DNA of 64,000 nt from Neophaeotheca triangularis (GCA_054600435.1 BAAIJX010000060.1:1-64000), one strand, 5' to 3'. Shown: positions 1 through 12,914, numbered from the stretch's first letter. Translations and numbers: made by a program. The notes: generated from the letters alone by a model not told the origin.

Positions 1-1073
1 TTTTTTTTTTTTTTTTTTTTTTTGTCTTTTTTCCCCCTGGGGGGTTTTCTTTTCCCCCTTCTGGGGGGGGGGGGGGGGGGGGAGGGGGTAGAGCAACAGT
101 GTCAGAATCAATATCAGTAACGGGTAGGAACTAGAAATAATGATCCTCTATACAAGCCCCAGCACCGCCTCCGCTAATGCAAGGAAATCCCCACGCTCAG
201 AACGAAGAAAGCCTGAGAGAAGAAAAGAAAACGAAACTCAAGATTAACGAAACCCTCCCTGAAATCTTACACGGATGTCCACCGAGTTGTTAGAGCCACC
301 GGCTATAGCTCCCTCGATCTCGCCCGAGCCGCAATGAGAAAGCCACCAATCCCTTCTTGTCATTGAGGTTATCCAACCATGATGGCTTAGAGCCTGGCGG
401 TCCTTGAGAAAGATGCGCACCGGTATTGGAGGAACAGCGAGGAGGTGTGACCCAACCCAGCACATCGCCCGTTGTTCTCCCGCTTCGAAGCCCGCGCTTG
501 CACACGCTCGTTGCGATAACAAAAGCGACAGATTGCATGCTCGCGCTCGGGGCAATAGCTTGTAAGTCTGGTGATAGGGAGGCCGAGCTTGCTATCGTGG
601 CGTTCGCGTCGAACGGACGGTTTGGTGAGGCTCGGCGCCTAATTGATACTTTGTGGGCGAGTTCGTCAGAGGGTAGATCTTTCAATTTCTTTTCCGTTTT
701 GTAGAGTGACTGGGGGGGTTTTTATTGGGGTCTCGAATACACACGGAAAATTATTATCCGACTGTGGTCAGGGTTTCGCGTCTGCGAATCGAAAAGGTTT
801 CTCTGTCTCGATGGACTGGGTTGATTGAAAGAGAATTGCAACTCGGAAACGCCACGCTTTTGCTTCTGGGGAGAACGAAGGGGGCAAGTGCGTGAATGAA
901 GCTTGTTGGATAGGTTGAATTGCGAAATGAATTCGTAATTACGGATGGTATGCTTTTTTTGTCTCCGCAGCCAAGTGGACGGAGTAGACAGCAGCAAGGG
1001 GGTATCAATCGGGTTTCGACGAGTGCAAGTGCAATGGCGAAACGAAGCTTGGTAGGAAAGTAGTCGGGCAGTC

Positions 1074-2423
1074 TCACAGCATGAGTTGGTGCAAATTGCG
1101 CTGGACAATCATGTCTTGCACGCTCTTCATCGTCTTGTCGAGCAGGTTCGTGTCGGTTGCGTTTGTGTAGTGCACGTAGGCCTCTTTGCCTGGGTCGCGG
1201 ACGAGGTTCCTGAATTTCTGCGCAAAGAATTGTTCGCCGGCTTCGACGTCCCGGTCTCCGCCTTGATAATCGGGGAAGTGGTCGCGGATGGGCGAGGTGC
1301 CGCTTTGGACTTTCTCGCGGAAGAGGTCGATCTTGTTGAGAAAGAGAATGAGGGCGGACTTCTCGAAGTACTTGCTGTTCGCGATCGATTCGAAGAGCAT
1401 GAGGGCTTCGTGCATTTGGTTCTGGTGAAGCAATCAGCTATAGCCCGCCGGAAAAGATGGATGGGTCTTTACTTACACCGTTCCGGTCTTCAACCAGTAC
1501 GTGGTCGTAACCACTGATTGCTACCAAGAAGAGTACGACTTGCACATTATCGAAGACGTGTATCCATTTCTTGCGTTCCGATCTTTGCCCTCCAACGTCA
1601 AACATCTTGTATGTGAGGTTGCCGGTGTCGAAGATTGTTTCGCTGATTCCGGTTGTCCGTAGCCTAGCTCGTAAAATGTCCTGATCGGTGGGAAGGAAGT
1701 CTTTTGTGAATAGTCTGTCGATGTCGGAGAAGTAGCTATGGGAGCAAGTCAGTGTGATGCACCTCATCGTACCTTGCCGACAGACCTACTATGTGAGATT
1801 ATCGTGAAGCGCATATTCATTGCCTTTCTTGATCGCGAGTTGAACGCCCTGATCCTCCCACAGGCTCTTGAAGGCATTCAGGCAGTCAAGAGGCATTGAA
1901 TCGTCGGCACCAATTTCTGGGTCAGCAGCGATGAGCTCAGCAAAGCGCTGACGCAGAGGGACATCAGTCAAAAGTCTCGCGGGGCCAGAGTGGCATTCAT
2001 GGCGACTCACAATGTTGTGATCCAACGCAAAGTCCACCTCTTGCTCCTCCATTGCGCCGAAGATGACCTGGAAAGCATGAAGCAAGTTGTTGAAGATTGT
2101 GACCTTCCATTGCTTGCGTTCGGAAGTAGTGAAGCCCTTGGTATGGATCAAACGCATCTGCTTGAGGACCGTCGACTTGCCAGACTCTCCCGCGCCTATG
2201 AGGGAAGGTCAGAGGTCAGCATTTGTGTTTTGCTACGGGCATTCCAACCAGAGCTATAACTCTAACAGCAGCAAATGCGCATGAAACACAAGTATCGGTA
2301 CTTACCCAACAATAGTACCTTCACCTCCTTCTGCATGCGCTTCTGGTCCTCGCGCAGCTGGCGCTCAATCTCCCTACTCTTCTTGGCCTCTGGGTCATCT
2401 TGTTTTCCACTTCCAAAGCACAT
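1074..2423 (-). CDS. Heterotrimeric G-protein alpha subunit, fungal class II (GanA/GNA-2-like), 4 introns
   Basis: Spliced exons 2423-2306, 2195-2011, 1947-1790, 1735-1477, 1421-1074 give [10 protein letters not shown]...[15 protein letters not shown] (P-loop), [25 protein letters not shown] and TNATDT. There is no Gly2 myristoylation site, as is typical of class II. Confidence 0.95.
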
Positions 2424-4650
2424 GATTCTCGATATTGCCATTCACCGGAATGTCGTCGCAAGATGGAGACGAGGCAGAAAGGAGGGAGGGGTCGCTGAAG
2501 TCTGAGAGTTCGAGGGGAAGTTCACCTCCGCGGTCTTTGTTGACTAGGTTCACGGGGGATTGCAACCTTCCACTGGAGCGGCGCGTAGTTGTACCGCCCG
2601 GCGCGTCCAAGCAGTCCTTGGTTCCCGATGCGAAGAGAGCACGTGAGTTGACTCCTTCTTGAGACGTTGTTGTGCCGTCGGTGCAACGTGCGGTGGAGGA
2701 TAGGCTTTCGGCGCGACACGGACCCTGCCGTCGTTGCTTGCTCAGGCACACAGGCACTCTTCGGTGCAGTGGAGTCGTGGAGATTTCCTACGTCAAGAGC
2801 ACGAAGGAGAAGATGTTCGCCTGGCGATGAGACGTGAGAAGTGCCACGGCAATATCCTTGGCAGGTGAGGTGATTGGTGTGGCTGACAAGGCAACGGTAT
2901 GCGCGTGTGAAGCGTAGGACAGCCTCTCTCCTGAGCTAGTCAGGTGTGGTCGTGTTCAGGGTGCCAGGGAGAAGTAGTCGAGTGAGGACTGAGGAACAAG
3001 AGTCGCTTGTAGGCCCGTGCCCGTGGTCGCTGACTACGGTGTATACCTATTTCTAACGTAGTGCAGGTCGATGTCTCTCAAGCTAAGCTTCCCCTTCCCC
3101 TGAATACAGTACATACCTGCATAACGAGCTCTCTAACCAAGTAAGGTAGCGTACATTGTAGACAAGTGAACTTTGCACAAGTGACGCAGTGAACTCTCAT
3201 CAGACCGCACTCGAAAACTCTAGAACCCTCTGTGTCAGGTTTGACATGTCAACATGTCAATGGATAATTTCTAGAAACCGCTCATATGCCTAGGCCGTAA
3301 CTACTAGCGGGTAGGGCCTACATACTAGTACATACACATCAGGGGCCGAGCATCCTCCACCCACGACAGAAACACCGGCCTCTATAATCCTTCGGCGAAC
3401 CAACGTATCCGAGACATTTGTCATTAGACCCGTCGCAAATAAGGCACTTGGTGTCTCTGTCAAACACCAAAGCCATAAAGGCGCTGTTTGCGAAATTCTA
3501 ACCATGTAGACATCTCGACATCTCCACGCAGCCGTGACGAGAACGCCTTGAAGAGCTGTCGACAGACCGCAGACTCAAAGCAAAACCTCCACCGATCAGC
3601 ACGAACATCTGCTTGTCCGAGTCCAAAACCCCGTCCCCCGCCTTCTAGCTAGACATTCTTCTCCGGCACCGTCCCCGTAGAGGCACGCCGGACTTGTCGA
3701 AGGAACAACACGCATATCGAACCCCTTCCTCCTGTCTAATAAGCATGACACCGCAAGCGAGAGTTCATGTCGCGGAGCCTAGTTCGAGTATCCATAATTT
3801 TCATGTACAGTAGGAGGTAATTTATTTACCGAACAGGTACTGTGCCCCTGGCTGTGGGTACCTAACCCAAATAATCTGCTTTTCATTACGGCTTGACCTG
3901 CCCAGGTGGTGTCTCGGAAGTCCGTCCGGGAGCGGTTCATTAGAACCACGTGGTGGCGGTGCGGTCCGCGTTCGAGTCTGTCGACAGCGGTGACGACGAG
4001 ACGGGTCCGTTGGCGATGTCGGCGGAGAGGTTAAAGTTGGATGTTAGGTACATTGTACATCGCCCTCAATTAATACTAAGTAATTTTGTACACTGCGTGA
4101 TTGCCAATCGAGCTCCCTCAAGTTCACTATCGCGATCGAAAGTTTGATTCCCGATACTGTAGCATTAGAGTTACGGCCACAACAACAGAACAGTGCTTTC
4201 TCGCAGCCAGGAGAAGCGTCGACGACTCCAGAGCAATCTCGCGATGCGAATGAACAGCCACCGAGAATTGCTATCGAGCTGCTGTATTCTGCCTTGAAAT
4301 GCAGGAATACTCGCAGCTTGGACTGGCCTTGATAGTCGCGTACAGTACACGACCATCGTGTTACGCGGAGGGCTCACTGTATCTTCAGCGGAGTTGAATC
4401 TACCGCCGGGGACAAATGTCTCGCTTGAGCACACAATGCGTGTGTTGGAAAAACTGGTATGGATGTCGGGGCGACTCGTGGAAGCTTTCGTTCGAACCTA
4501 TGTAGTCTCGTAGCATCATTTCCCCATAACATCGTACAGCACGGGCGTCCAACACACAGCGGTCGCTGCTTGAAGCAGCAACATCCCAAGCCCTTCAACG
4601 CGTATTCAATACTCCTTGCAAAAATGCCTCAACCCCTCACGACAAAGAAC

Positions 4651-5526
4651 CTACACCCTAGCCCTCAAAGGCGCCAGCTCAAAAGTATCCCAAAACTCCC
4701 TCCCAAAGTAACACCTCCCAAGCGCCTCCATACTCCTAGGCAACGCATGCACCTTCTCCTCACGCATACACTCAACCACCCACCGCGCCTGCTCACTGGG
4801 CCTAGCATCCAGCTCCCCTTCACCCCCAGCATCCGCCCACCCCAACATCAACGCCCACCAATCATACACAAAGCAATCCGTGCACATCCACCTCTCGCCC
4901 CTGGCCTTCTCCCAGCCCTCAGCACTCCCGGCAACCGCCAAAACCGCCCGAGCGACATCCTTGCCATGGATGAGGTGGAGGCTCTTCTTCCCCTTGACAT
5001 CATCCTTGCTCTTCGCGACCCGGCCGACCCAGTTTCGTGGATCGCGCTCGCCGCCCCACAAACCGCTGAGGTTGAGCACGCAGCCGCCCAGCCCGAGCAG
5101 CTCGTCTTCGGCGATTGCGCGCGGCGAAGAGGTGTTGTACGGGCTGCGGCGCGAGAGCCAGATGGTTTCCTGCGGGATTTGCCAGATGCCGGTGCTGCCG
5201 AATTGGAGGAAGCGGGGTTCCGTGGCGGCGGTGGGGTTGGTTTTGTCCGGGTTGTGGGTGTGCTGGTAGCTCTCTATGATGAATTTGGATTGTCCTTTGC
5301 CGGTTAGGGGGAAGGTTATTAGGATTGTTTGGGCGGAGGGGAGGGTGGCGAAGTCGCTTTCGCTGGTTGTTGAGGGATCGTATTTCCAGGGGATGGTTGG
5401 GCTATTGGCGACGCTGTGGCCGGTTGTTGTCGTTGCTGCAAAGGAGAGTTTGCGAGCTTGGAGCAGGGGGATTAGGAAGGTCGAGGTCCAGCCTGCGCCG
5501 AGGATTAGGAATTGGACGTCTGGCAT
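4651..5526 (-). CDS. NAD(P)-binding Rossmann-fold protein (atypical SDR/epimerase-like), function unknown
   Basis: Intronless 291-aa ORF with N-terminal FLILGAGW dinucleotide-binding motif and later LSGLWG and LHLIHGKDVARA motifs. Confidence 0.75.
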   Translation of the reverse strand: MPDVQFLILGAGWTSTFLIPLLQARKLSFAATTTTGHSVANSPTIPWKYDPSTTSESDFATLPSAQTILITFPLTGKGQSKFIIESYQHTHNPDKTNPTAATEPRFLQFGSTGIWQIPQETIWLSRRSPYNTSSPRAIAEDELLGLGGCVLNLSGLWGGERDPRNWVGRVAKSKDDVKGKKSLHLIHGKDVARAVLAVAGSAEGWEKARGERWMCTDCFVYDWWALMLGWADAGGEGELDARPSEQARWVVECMREEKVHALPRSMEALGRCYFGREFWDTFELAPLRARV

Positions 5527-5803
5527 TGTTGGGGATGAGTCTTTGCGGGTTTTTTAAGATGTAAGGGTGGGGAACAGGGGACGAGTAAAAGTAGGTAGGG
5601 TAGTGTAGAATGCCAAACGCCGTGAGGTGATATCAGATCTATATCTCCAGCGTCATCGAAGTGAAGCTTCCCCCGACTTCGGTCCATCTTTCAAGCCCTC
5701 CTCGAGACAAACCCATTCTCAACCACCACAGAGCAGGTAAAGCCCAAACCACACCACCTCCATCTACTCACGCACACACACACACACAAACAAATAATCA
5801 CAC

Positions 5804-6040
5804 ATGCCACGCCTCTCCGGCCTCCAAAAAGACGTCCTGTCCCTTTACCGCGCCTGCCTGCGCGCAACCCGCACCAAACCCGCCGAGAACCGGCCAAAGT
5901 TCGCATCCTACGCGCGAGCGGAATTTGAAAAGAATGCGCATTTGAGCAAAAAGGACTTTGGAACTGTGGAGTTTCTTTTGAGGAAGGGGAAGAGGCAGTT
6001 GGAGGTTTTCGCCGAGCCGGGGGTTAAAAGCATTGGGTGA
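5804..6040 (+). CDS. SDH6: LYR-motif succinate dehydrogenase assembly factor 1 (Sdh6/SDHAF1)
   Basis: MPRLSGLQKDVLSLYRACLR...ARAEF...VEFLLRKGKRQLE matches the SDHAF1/Sdh6 pattern; 78 aa. Confidence 0.88.
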   Translation: MPRLSGLQKDVLSLYRACLRATRTKPAENRPKFASYARAEFEKNAHLSKKDFGTVEFLLRKGKRQLEVFAEPGVKSIG

Positions 6041-7389
6041 TTGGTTTGGGGGAAGGGGAAACGTTTGCTGGGATGGTTGTTTGAGATGGCTGGTTGGGGT
6101 ATGGGATGGGATTGGATGGCATGGGATGGGATGAGGGAAGATTGTGCCCCGGAGACAGGCTTTCTGTTTGAGGGTTTCAGAGATGGCTTCCGCAAACGAC
6201 TGACTGAGAGATCCATGCGATTTCCTCTGCGGCTAGCTGGATAAAGGAAGTTCTCGCGAGGACACGGTATAAGGGGACGATACCCCCTAGTATAACTTAT
6301 GGGGGTACTGTGGCATCGCTACATTGGATGAGTCAACGCTCTCCTGTGGAAGGGTCAGGACGTACTAGTGCCACGATTAATCGAGGCAAACGGCTGAAGA
6401 GTAGAGGATGGAAGACGTCACTGCATTCGCCATGAACCTGTTCCAGGAGGAGCGTGTGCAAATGGCGAGCCTGAGATTGGAAAGAGACAGATGTGGAGGC
6501 AGTCATGGATTTAGGGAGAGATTCTACAGTCTCGCAGTCGAACAAGACTGGTGATGGCATGTGAAAGACACTATCCATCTCTACTCCGTGACTGCTATAC
6601 CGCAGGGTCGAGCGAGGAATCGCCCACTCACCACCAGCAGATAGCTTGCCCAAGACTCTCGTCTGTTGAAACGCGTCGTCGCAAATGGCGCCAAGTTTCG
6701 ATGGGATAGCCTGATATGATCGGGCCTTCCCTTTTTTTTTTCCTCTTCACGCTCAGTACCAAGCGATAATGTTATGCCAAGAAAGTGAGATTCTTCCTGC
6801 AGGTGATGGTGAAAGTTTTTAACACCTCCAAGCTTGATCAAGGCTATCTGCATTGTTAAATTGACGCTACTGGAGTACGAGCGCCAGAGTCGGAAGATAA
6901 TGATTATTGCATGTTTCGGGTAAGGGGGCATCAGGCACGACTCGAGCATCTATCGTGCGGCCCACTCTCATCACCAACGACGTTCGTCCATCAAGCACCG
7001 CAGGCCGTCATGGTTCGGGCCGATGCATCTAAAAGAGCACTACCTACTAGGTACTTTACTACCTTTACCTACTACTACTGAAGGATCCGCCGTGATCCGT
7101 CTCACCACTGTTGCCGCCGGAAGAGCTCGCGCGCCTTTTGTTTCCATAGAGAAGATTGGGAGTCAGAAGACTAGTAACGTTAGTTAGTAGTAGCAGTCTA
7201 GTACACCTGCCACGCCGCTCGCTTCCAAGTATCATCCACTACCTTATCGTGTCGACCATACACGTATCACCGACGCCGACAAAGCACGTGAAGAGCAGGG
7301 CATAGCTCGGTGGATCAATGATAAGAGCACCTTTTAGCAACGGCCCAGCGCCGCTACGAATGCATCATCTCGTGTTCCAGATCGTCATT

Positions 7390-7391
<2 letters not shown>

Positions 7392-7421
<30 letters not shown>
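7392..7421. repeat. (GTT)n microsatellite
   Basis: About 9-10 tandem GTT/TGT units in the intergenic region; an (ATT)n run follows at about 7617-7635. Confidence 0.9.
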
Positions 7422-8348
7422 GATTTCGACGAGCTCGTCAGACTCAGGGGACAACCTTAGCTGCTGGCCCGCTGGGGGACGTACTCTAGGACTGGGACTG
7501 GTGGGTGGTGGGTGGCACCGGTGGGCTGTTGCGGTTCGTCCAGAACTCTACTCTCGCCATCGCCCACGATCGCGCGGAGCCTTTTCTTGTCAAGCTCTTT
7601 CTTCTCATCACTTCCATATTATTATTATTATTATTGCTCGGCACAAGCTAGCCTACTAGGACCTACCTAAGGTAGCCTAGACGTTTGGCTCTGGCGTCAT
7701 GCTTCTATTTTGTGATAGACTTTGTCCCTATCTTATCGTTGTTACATGTTCTACCTCTTTGGACGTAAGCTTGTACATACATACATACCTTACCTTACCT
7801 TGGGAAAGTACCTTCCATTGCTCGCTCGACTTCAATTGCTTTTTTCCTTTCCTTTCCTTTCCTTTCCTTTCTACCTCCCATCACTCTCAACCCATTCTTC
7901 CAGTCATCCTGCTCTCACAGTTGAGACGGAGGCGACATCTCTAACCCACAACTCGCTGCACATCGTCTAATTCTATCGCTAATCGCCTCGCTCACACTGT
8001 TGAGACTGTTGGCGTGTTTTCTCAGCATTTTCCCGGCTGGCCTTGGTAAAGGAAGCTCCATTGCATCTGATGCTCTGTTCCGCCACCGAGAATACAGGAT
8101 AGGCCAATTCATCAAACAGTGTACATTGTAAACAGGATATACGGCAGCACTTCACCCCGAGACTTTCGCCATAAACAATACAGCCATATCTGCTCACTAA
8201 TATTAATACCTCACGGTCGCTTTCCCGCTCATCGCTCTTCATCATAAACAATTGTTTGGAATAGATCACTCGCAGCCCGGAACAGCCTGGCAGCCTGTGA
8301 TTGTGGTCACTTGTTAATTACCCGGAATCTACACTATCACCGACCGAG

Positions 8349-11270
8349 ATGGCGAGCCCGGTGAACACCCCTCCCGCCAATCCTTTCCACGACCCCTTTG
8401 ATGACATTGCTGTGACCGACTCGCCCAAGGAGACCAAGGGAAGCGACAATGTGAGTGCCGAAGCAAGCCGGCCGCAAAGTGCAGGGGGCAGAGCGAGAGA
8501 GAAGAAAAGGGTGGGCTTCACAGGGGCCAATGATGGGACGACGAGCTCAGCGGATCGAAGCCGGCGAGAGAGTTGGAATGCTGCAAGGACTCTTTCGCCA
8601 GGAACCTATAGCCCGCCGCCTGTATCACCGCCGGCAAGTGGCCAGAGTACGCCAAGCACGTCAGCAAACCATTCGAGAGAGGTCAGCGGAGATGACAGGC
8701 TTCCACGTAGTAACAGCAAGTCACACCTGCCAGAATTATCGCAACAACAGTCGCAACAAATTCACGAAGCCTTAATGCCAACTCTGGATTTACCCAAACC
8801 TAGACCCGCGATCCGACGGACCGGCTCAACATCCTCTGCCAAGTCAGTGGACATCGAAGCTGAGATTGATGATGGGGAGACCAACAGGGAAGCTGCATAT
8901 CGACGACTGCGAGCACAGGAGGCTTTCCAGCGAGGGAAGCGATTAGAGTACGATGAACGCCTCCAGTCTGAGCCCAGCTCGAGAGGTGCATCACCGGAAC
9001 GTCCCATCCGACCGAGGAACCTTTCTCTGCAGAATGGCAATGATGATATACTTTTGCAGGATCTGGGCTCACAACGCCATGAGCATGATGCAGACAGCGA
9101 TGGAGAAAACTTGCCACAACTTGACAGGTCTCGCAAGAAGCACACCTCGGAAGCTCACAAACTAGTGCGAAAGCATACGCAACGCCTTGGCGTGGCAAGT
9201 CTCCATCAAGAACAATCTTCACACCAAGGCGGAAAGTCCGGTGTTACCACGCCCACAGAAGATCAAGCATTCATGGAAGAATATCGCCCGAGACCGGAGC
9301 AGTACCGTGGAGGCATCCTGGGCGCCTTGTTGAAGCTGTATAATCAGAGCGAGGAGGAAAGTAAGAAACATCACAAGCGGAGGGCCAGCAATGACACTAG
9401 CTGGAGTGGCACACCTACGCCTCAGCATTCACCACCGATGTCAGGGATTTCCACTCCTGTCGGCGGTCCCTCACACAGACGTTGGTACTCGCCCAAGCAC
9501 AATACCCAATCAACCTCATCACTAGCTCATCTCGTCGGTTCCTCTGCTAGCCTATCGACCCCCGCAGTTGGTCTAGGCGAGCAGGTTCAGCAGAGGTTCG
9601 ACGAGCAAAAGAAACGGCCCACAATCGGGCAGCGTTCGAAGAGTGCAGGAGCCGGTGCCAAAGCAGCTCTGAACCGACTCAGTCGACCCAAGCTGGAAGA
9701 CGAGATTCGCATCACAGTTCACATTGCAGAAACGATCTCACGCCAAAAGTACCTGATGAAGCTGTGCAAGGCACTGATGCAATACGGTGCCCCCACCCAT
9801 CGACTTGAAGAGTACATGGTAATGAGCGCCCGGGTGCTGGAGATTGATGCGCAGTTCCTGTACATTCCTGGTAGTATGATCATGTCTTTCGACGACCCTT
9901 CGACACATACCACCGAGGTGAAGCTTGTCAAGGTGGCTCAAGGTCTGGACTTGGGTAAGCTTAGAGATGTCCACGAAGTCTACAAGGATGTCGTGCACGA
10001 CAGAATAGGTGTTGAGGAAGCAACTTCTCGAATCAAGGAAACTGCTCAACGGAAAAAGAAGCATAGCCGTTGGCTCGTCATCCCAGTCTACGGACTAGCC
10101 TCTGTCTGCGTCGGACCTTTTGCTTTCGGTGCCAATTTAATGGACCTGCCAATCTTGTTCATTCTGGGAAGTATACTGGGTATCCTGCAGCATATCGTCG
10201 CCCCTCGGTCAGATCTCTACGCAAACGTCTTTGAAATCGGTGCGGCGGTCATCACGTCCTTCCTAGCTCGAGCCTTTGGCAGCATACCCTACCAGGGAGA
10301 CCGCCTGTTCTGCTTCTCGGCCCTCGCCCAAGCGTCCATAGCCTTGATTCTCCCAGGCTACACCGTCCTCTGCGCCTCTTTGGAGCTCCAAAGCAAAAGC
10401 ATCGTAGCCGGCAGTGTACGCATGGTCTACGCCATCATCTATTCCCTCTTCCTCGGCTTCGGCATCACAATAGGTACCGCCATCTACGGCATCATTGACC
10501 CACACGCCACCTCAGCGACAACCTGCCAAGCGCCCATGGAAGAATACTGGTTCTTCTTCTTCGTCCCAGGCTTCACTATGTGCCTAATCATCATCAACCA
10601 AGCCAAATGGAAGCAAGCGCCAACTATGATGATCATCGCCTTCGCCGGCTACGTGACAAACTACTTCTCCTCGCGCCGCTTCGCCGGCAACACTCAGGTC
10701 AGCAACACCCTCGGCGCCCTCGTCATCGGCGTTTTGGCAAATCTCTACTCACGCATCGGCGCCCGCATCGAGAACAAACTCCTCGACCTCTGGGAGGACA
10801 GACTCCGCCACATCGTCAAACGCATCCGCCGCTACCGCGACCGCGCTTCCAAAACCACGCCCTACAAGTCCATGGAAGAGGGCGTATCCTCACCCCCGGG
10901 CACTTCCGGCAACGATGCAGCTTCCACCCACGTCCCGCGCAAACGCCGCGTCGGCTACGGTCTCGCGGCCGCTGCCATGCTGCCGGCCATTTTCGTGCAA
11001 GTCCCGTCCGGCTTGGCTGTCAGCGGCAGTCTGGTCTCGGGCATCGCTTCCGCGGATCAGATTACCGGCAATGCTACCAATGGCACTACTGTAGTCAACC
11101 AGACGCAATTGGGGATGCCTGGGGGCGGGGCGAGCGATCTGAACAGCGTGGCTTTTAATGTCGGGTTTAGTGTTATTCAGGTTGCTATCGGGATTACCGT
11201 GGGCTTGTTCTTGAGCGCCATTGTCGTGTATCCTTTTGGCAAGAAGAGGAGCGGGTTGTTTAGTTTTTAA
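8349..11270 (+). CDS. PRM10: Pheromone-regulated membrane protein Prm10-like (ThrE/DUF1212 threonine-serine exporter family)
   Basis: First ATG at 8349. Long disordered Ser/Pro-rich N-terminus, then LCKALMQYGAPTHRLEEY, ILPGYTVLCASLEL and AGSVRMVYAIIYSLFLGFGI, many TM segments, C-terminal KKRSGLFSF. Confidence 0.88.
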   Translation: MASPVNTPPANPFHDPFDDIAVTDSPKETKGSDNVSAEASRPQSAGGRAREKKRVGFTGANDGTTSSADRSRRESWNAARTLSPGTYSPPPVSPPASGQSTPSTSANHSREVSGDDRLPRSNSKSHLPELSQQQSQQIHEALMPTLDLPKPRPAIRRTGSTSSAKSVDIEAEIDDGETNREAAYRRLRAQEAFQRGKRLEYDERLQSEPSSRGASPERPIRPRNLSLQNGNDDILLQDLGSQRHEHDADSDGENLPQLDRSRKKHTSEAHKLVRKHTQRLGVASLHQEQSSHQGGKSGVTTPTEDQAFMEEYRPRPEQYRGGILGALLKLYNQSEEESKKHHKRRASNDTSWSGTPTPQHSPPMSGISTPVGGPSHRRWYSPKHNTQSTSSLAHLVGSSASLSTPAVGLGEQVQQRFDEQKKRPTIGQRSKSAGAGAKAALNRLSRPKLEDEIRITVHIAETISRQKYLMKLCKALMQYGAPTHRLEEYMVMSARVLEIDAQFLYIPGSMIMSFDDPSTHTTEVKLVKVAQGLDLGKLRDVHEVYKDVVHDRIGVEEATSRIKETAQRKKKHSRWLVIPVYGLASVCVGPFAFGANLMDLPILFILGSILGILQHIVAPRSDLYANVFEIGAAVITSFLARAFGSIPYQGDRLFCFSALAQASIALILPGYTVLCASLELQSKSIVAGSVRMVYAIIYSLFLGFGITIGTAIYGIIDPHATSATTCQAPMEEYWFFFFVPGFTMCLIIINQAKWKQAPTMMIIAFAGYVTNYFSSRRFAGNTQVSNTLGALVIGVLANLYSRIGARIENKLLDLWEDRLRHIVKRIRRYRDRASKTTPYKSMEEGVSSPPGTSGNDAASTHVPRKRRVGYGLAAAAMLPAIFVQVPSGLAVSGSLVSGIASADQITGNATNGTTVVNQTQLGMPGGGASDLNSVAFNVGFSVIQVAIGITVGLFLSAIVVYPFGKKRSGLFSF

Positions 11271-12056
11271 GTTTTGGGAGGGGCGGAGGCAGGTGGTTGA
11301 TTGGATTGGCGGCGCTGGGTTTGGGATAGTGAGGTGAGGTAGTGGCGTGCAATGGTTTGAATACTGTGACTGTAAACACGATACCCCCAATAGAACGATT
11401 TTTCTTTTCAACACGCTTTTTGAGCAAGTGCACGGTGAAGGTGCTAGATCCTGACGCTGGTCAGTCGGTAAGTTTGAATGATACTCTGTGATCACGGCAA
11501 CAAGAGCAACGGCTGTGTTTTACTACATGGCAACCATGTGTCACGTCCTCAGCGGCCGGCAGAACGATGCTTCAAAAGGCCTGACTGGGAGATGATGGTC
11601 AAATTCGCTGCTGATGACGGGAGTTTCTACATTGAAAGGAGTCCGAGCTGGAGAAGTTGGACGGAGCGGACGAAGTCTCGGCGTGCTTTGATCTAGCTCT
11701 TCCCGGGAAGGGGGCTTGCTGTTGGTCGCGAGCTTCTCCAGCGCCGAGGGGAGTAGAGATTGGTTAAGAGTTTGACATGTCGAAGGCTCGCGGCGCTTAA
11801 TTATTGGTCTGAGAAGGCTGCTTTCGCTGGCCGGGGGCTTGTGGGATGGTGGTGAGGCTTCGGGGAGGAAAGAGGGTTTGCGATTCGGATGGGTGTCGCG
11901 CTGCCTGGAAAGGATGCGAGGCTCTTGTGTACTCGTGCAAGCGCTTTGCTTTTTACGTAGTAGATCTAAAGCGCTAGGTTGCCGATCGTGGCAGACTGCC
12001 GCAGTCGCAGGCACTTCGCAAGCTTCGGCCTGGCCCTGGAATCGTGGTTAGTGTGC

Positions 12057-12914
12057 TCAGACGACCCCTGCATACCAGTCGCACCCCTGAGCAAGCAACT
12101 CGGCAAGTGCTTCGAGCTGTCTTTGATCTTCTTCGTCAAAACCACCCAGGACGGCGCAATCGATATCGATGATCGCCACGACCTGCACTTTGAGTCAGCA
12201 ACGAGGCAGGACGAGACAATTCCAGGTCGACTGTGAAAGAACGCACTTTCCCGTTCTTTATAATCGGCACAACAATTTCGCTCTTCGATTCTCCATCACA
12301 CGCAATGTGTCCCGGGAATTGTTCAACGTCCGGCACGAGCTGCGTTTTTGCCTGTTGTGCAGCGGCTCCGCAGACACCGCGGCCGAATTTGATGGTTTGG
12401 CAGGCCACCTGCAAAGTACGGCTAGTGAGCTTTCGAGAGCCGGGATTCAGGGGTTCAGGGGAGTGTGGCGGACCTTTCCCATGAAGGGAGCTAGGATCAG
12501 TTGTCCGGGGACCGAGGGATCGAGGACGTAGAAGCCCGCCCAGTTTACTTTGTTTGAAGGCGATGGGAGGGAGTGGAGGGCGTGCCAGAGGAGGGAGGCG
12601 GTGTTGGCTGTGTTGCTGATGTTGGTGTTAAGCCTAGGAGTTGTGGATGCCAGCTGGTAGAGATTATTATCGCGAGGTACTCACCAGACCTAATTCTCGT
12701 CATCAGCTTCAGCCCACTATCAGTATCTGTTGAGACGGCCATGGTCGATATACCCAATTCCTCTGCCCATCGAACAGGGCGGATGCTTGGCTCAGGACTT
12801 GCTCGTAAGCATCCTTTTTGCCAACGCCGGTGGCGAAGTTGGAAGCATCTGCGTGGACCTGGATTTTGTCAACATGAAGTGCTCTTCTCCTCACATGAGA
12901 GCTTAATGTACCAT
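12057..12914 (-). CDS. GAF-domain free methionine-R-sulfoxide reductase (fRMsr, Ykl069w-like), at least 5 introns
   Basis: Exons 12914-12912 (ATG), 12858-12754, 12689-12685, 12615-12474, 12408-12247 and 12182-12057 give MVHADASNF...NWVCNTAN...VNWAGFY...GKVACQTIKFGRGVCG...FPGHIACDGESKSEIVVPI...IDIDC...GCDW. Confidence 0.92.

Noticed and set aside
1..88. Poly-T and poly-G runs at the window start
   Set aside because: Low-complexity homopolymers, possibly an assembly-edge artefact; no telomeric TTAGGG repeats or element structure.
11541..12014. 157-aa ORF downstream of fRMsr
   Set aside because: Non-ATG start, Pro/Ser-rich, not in frame with the spliced fRMsr and no domain signal.
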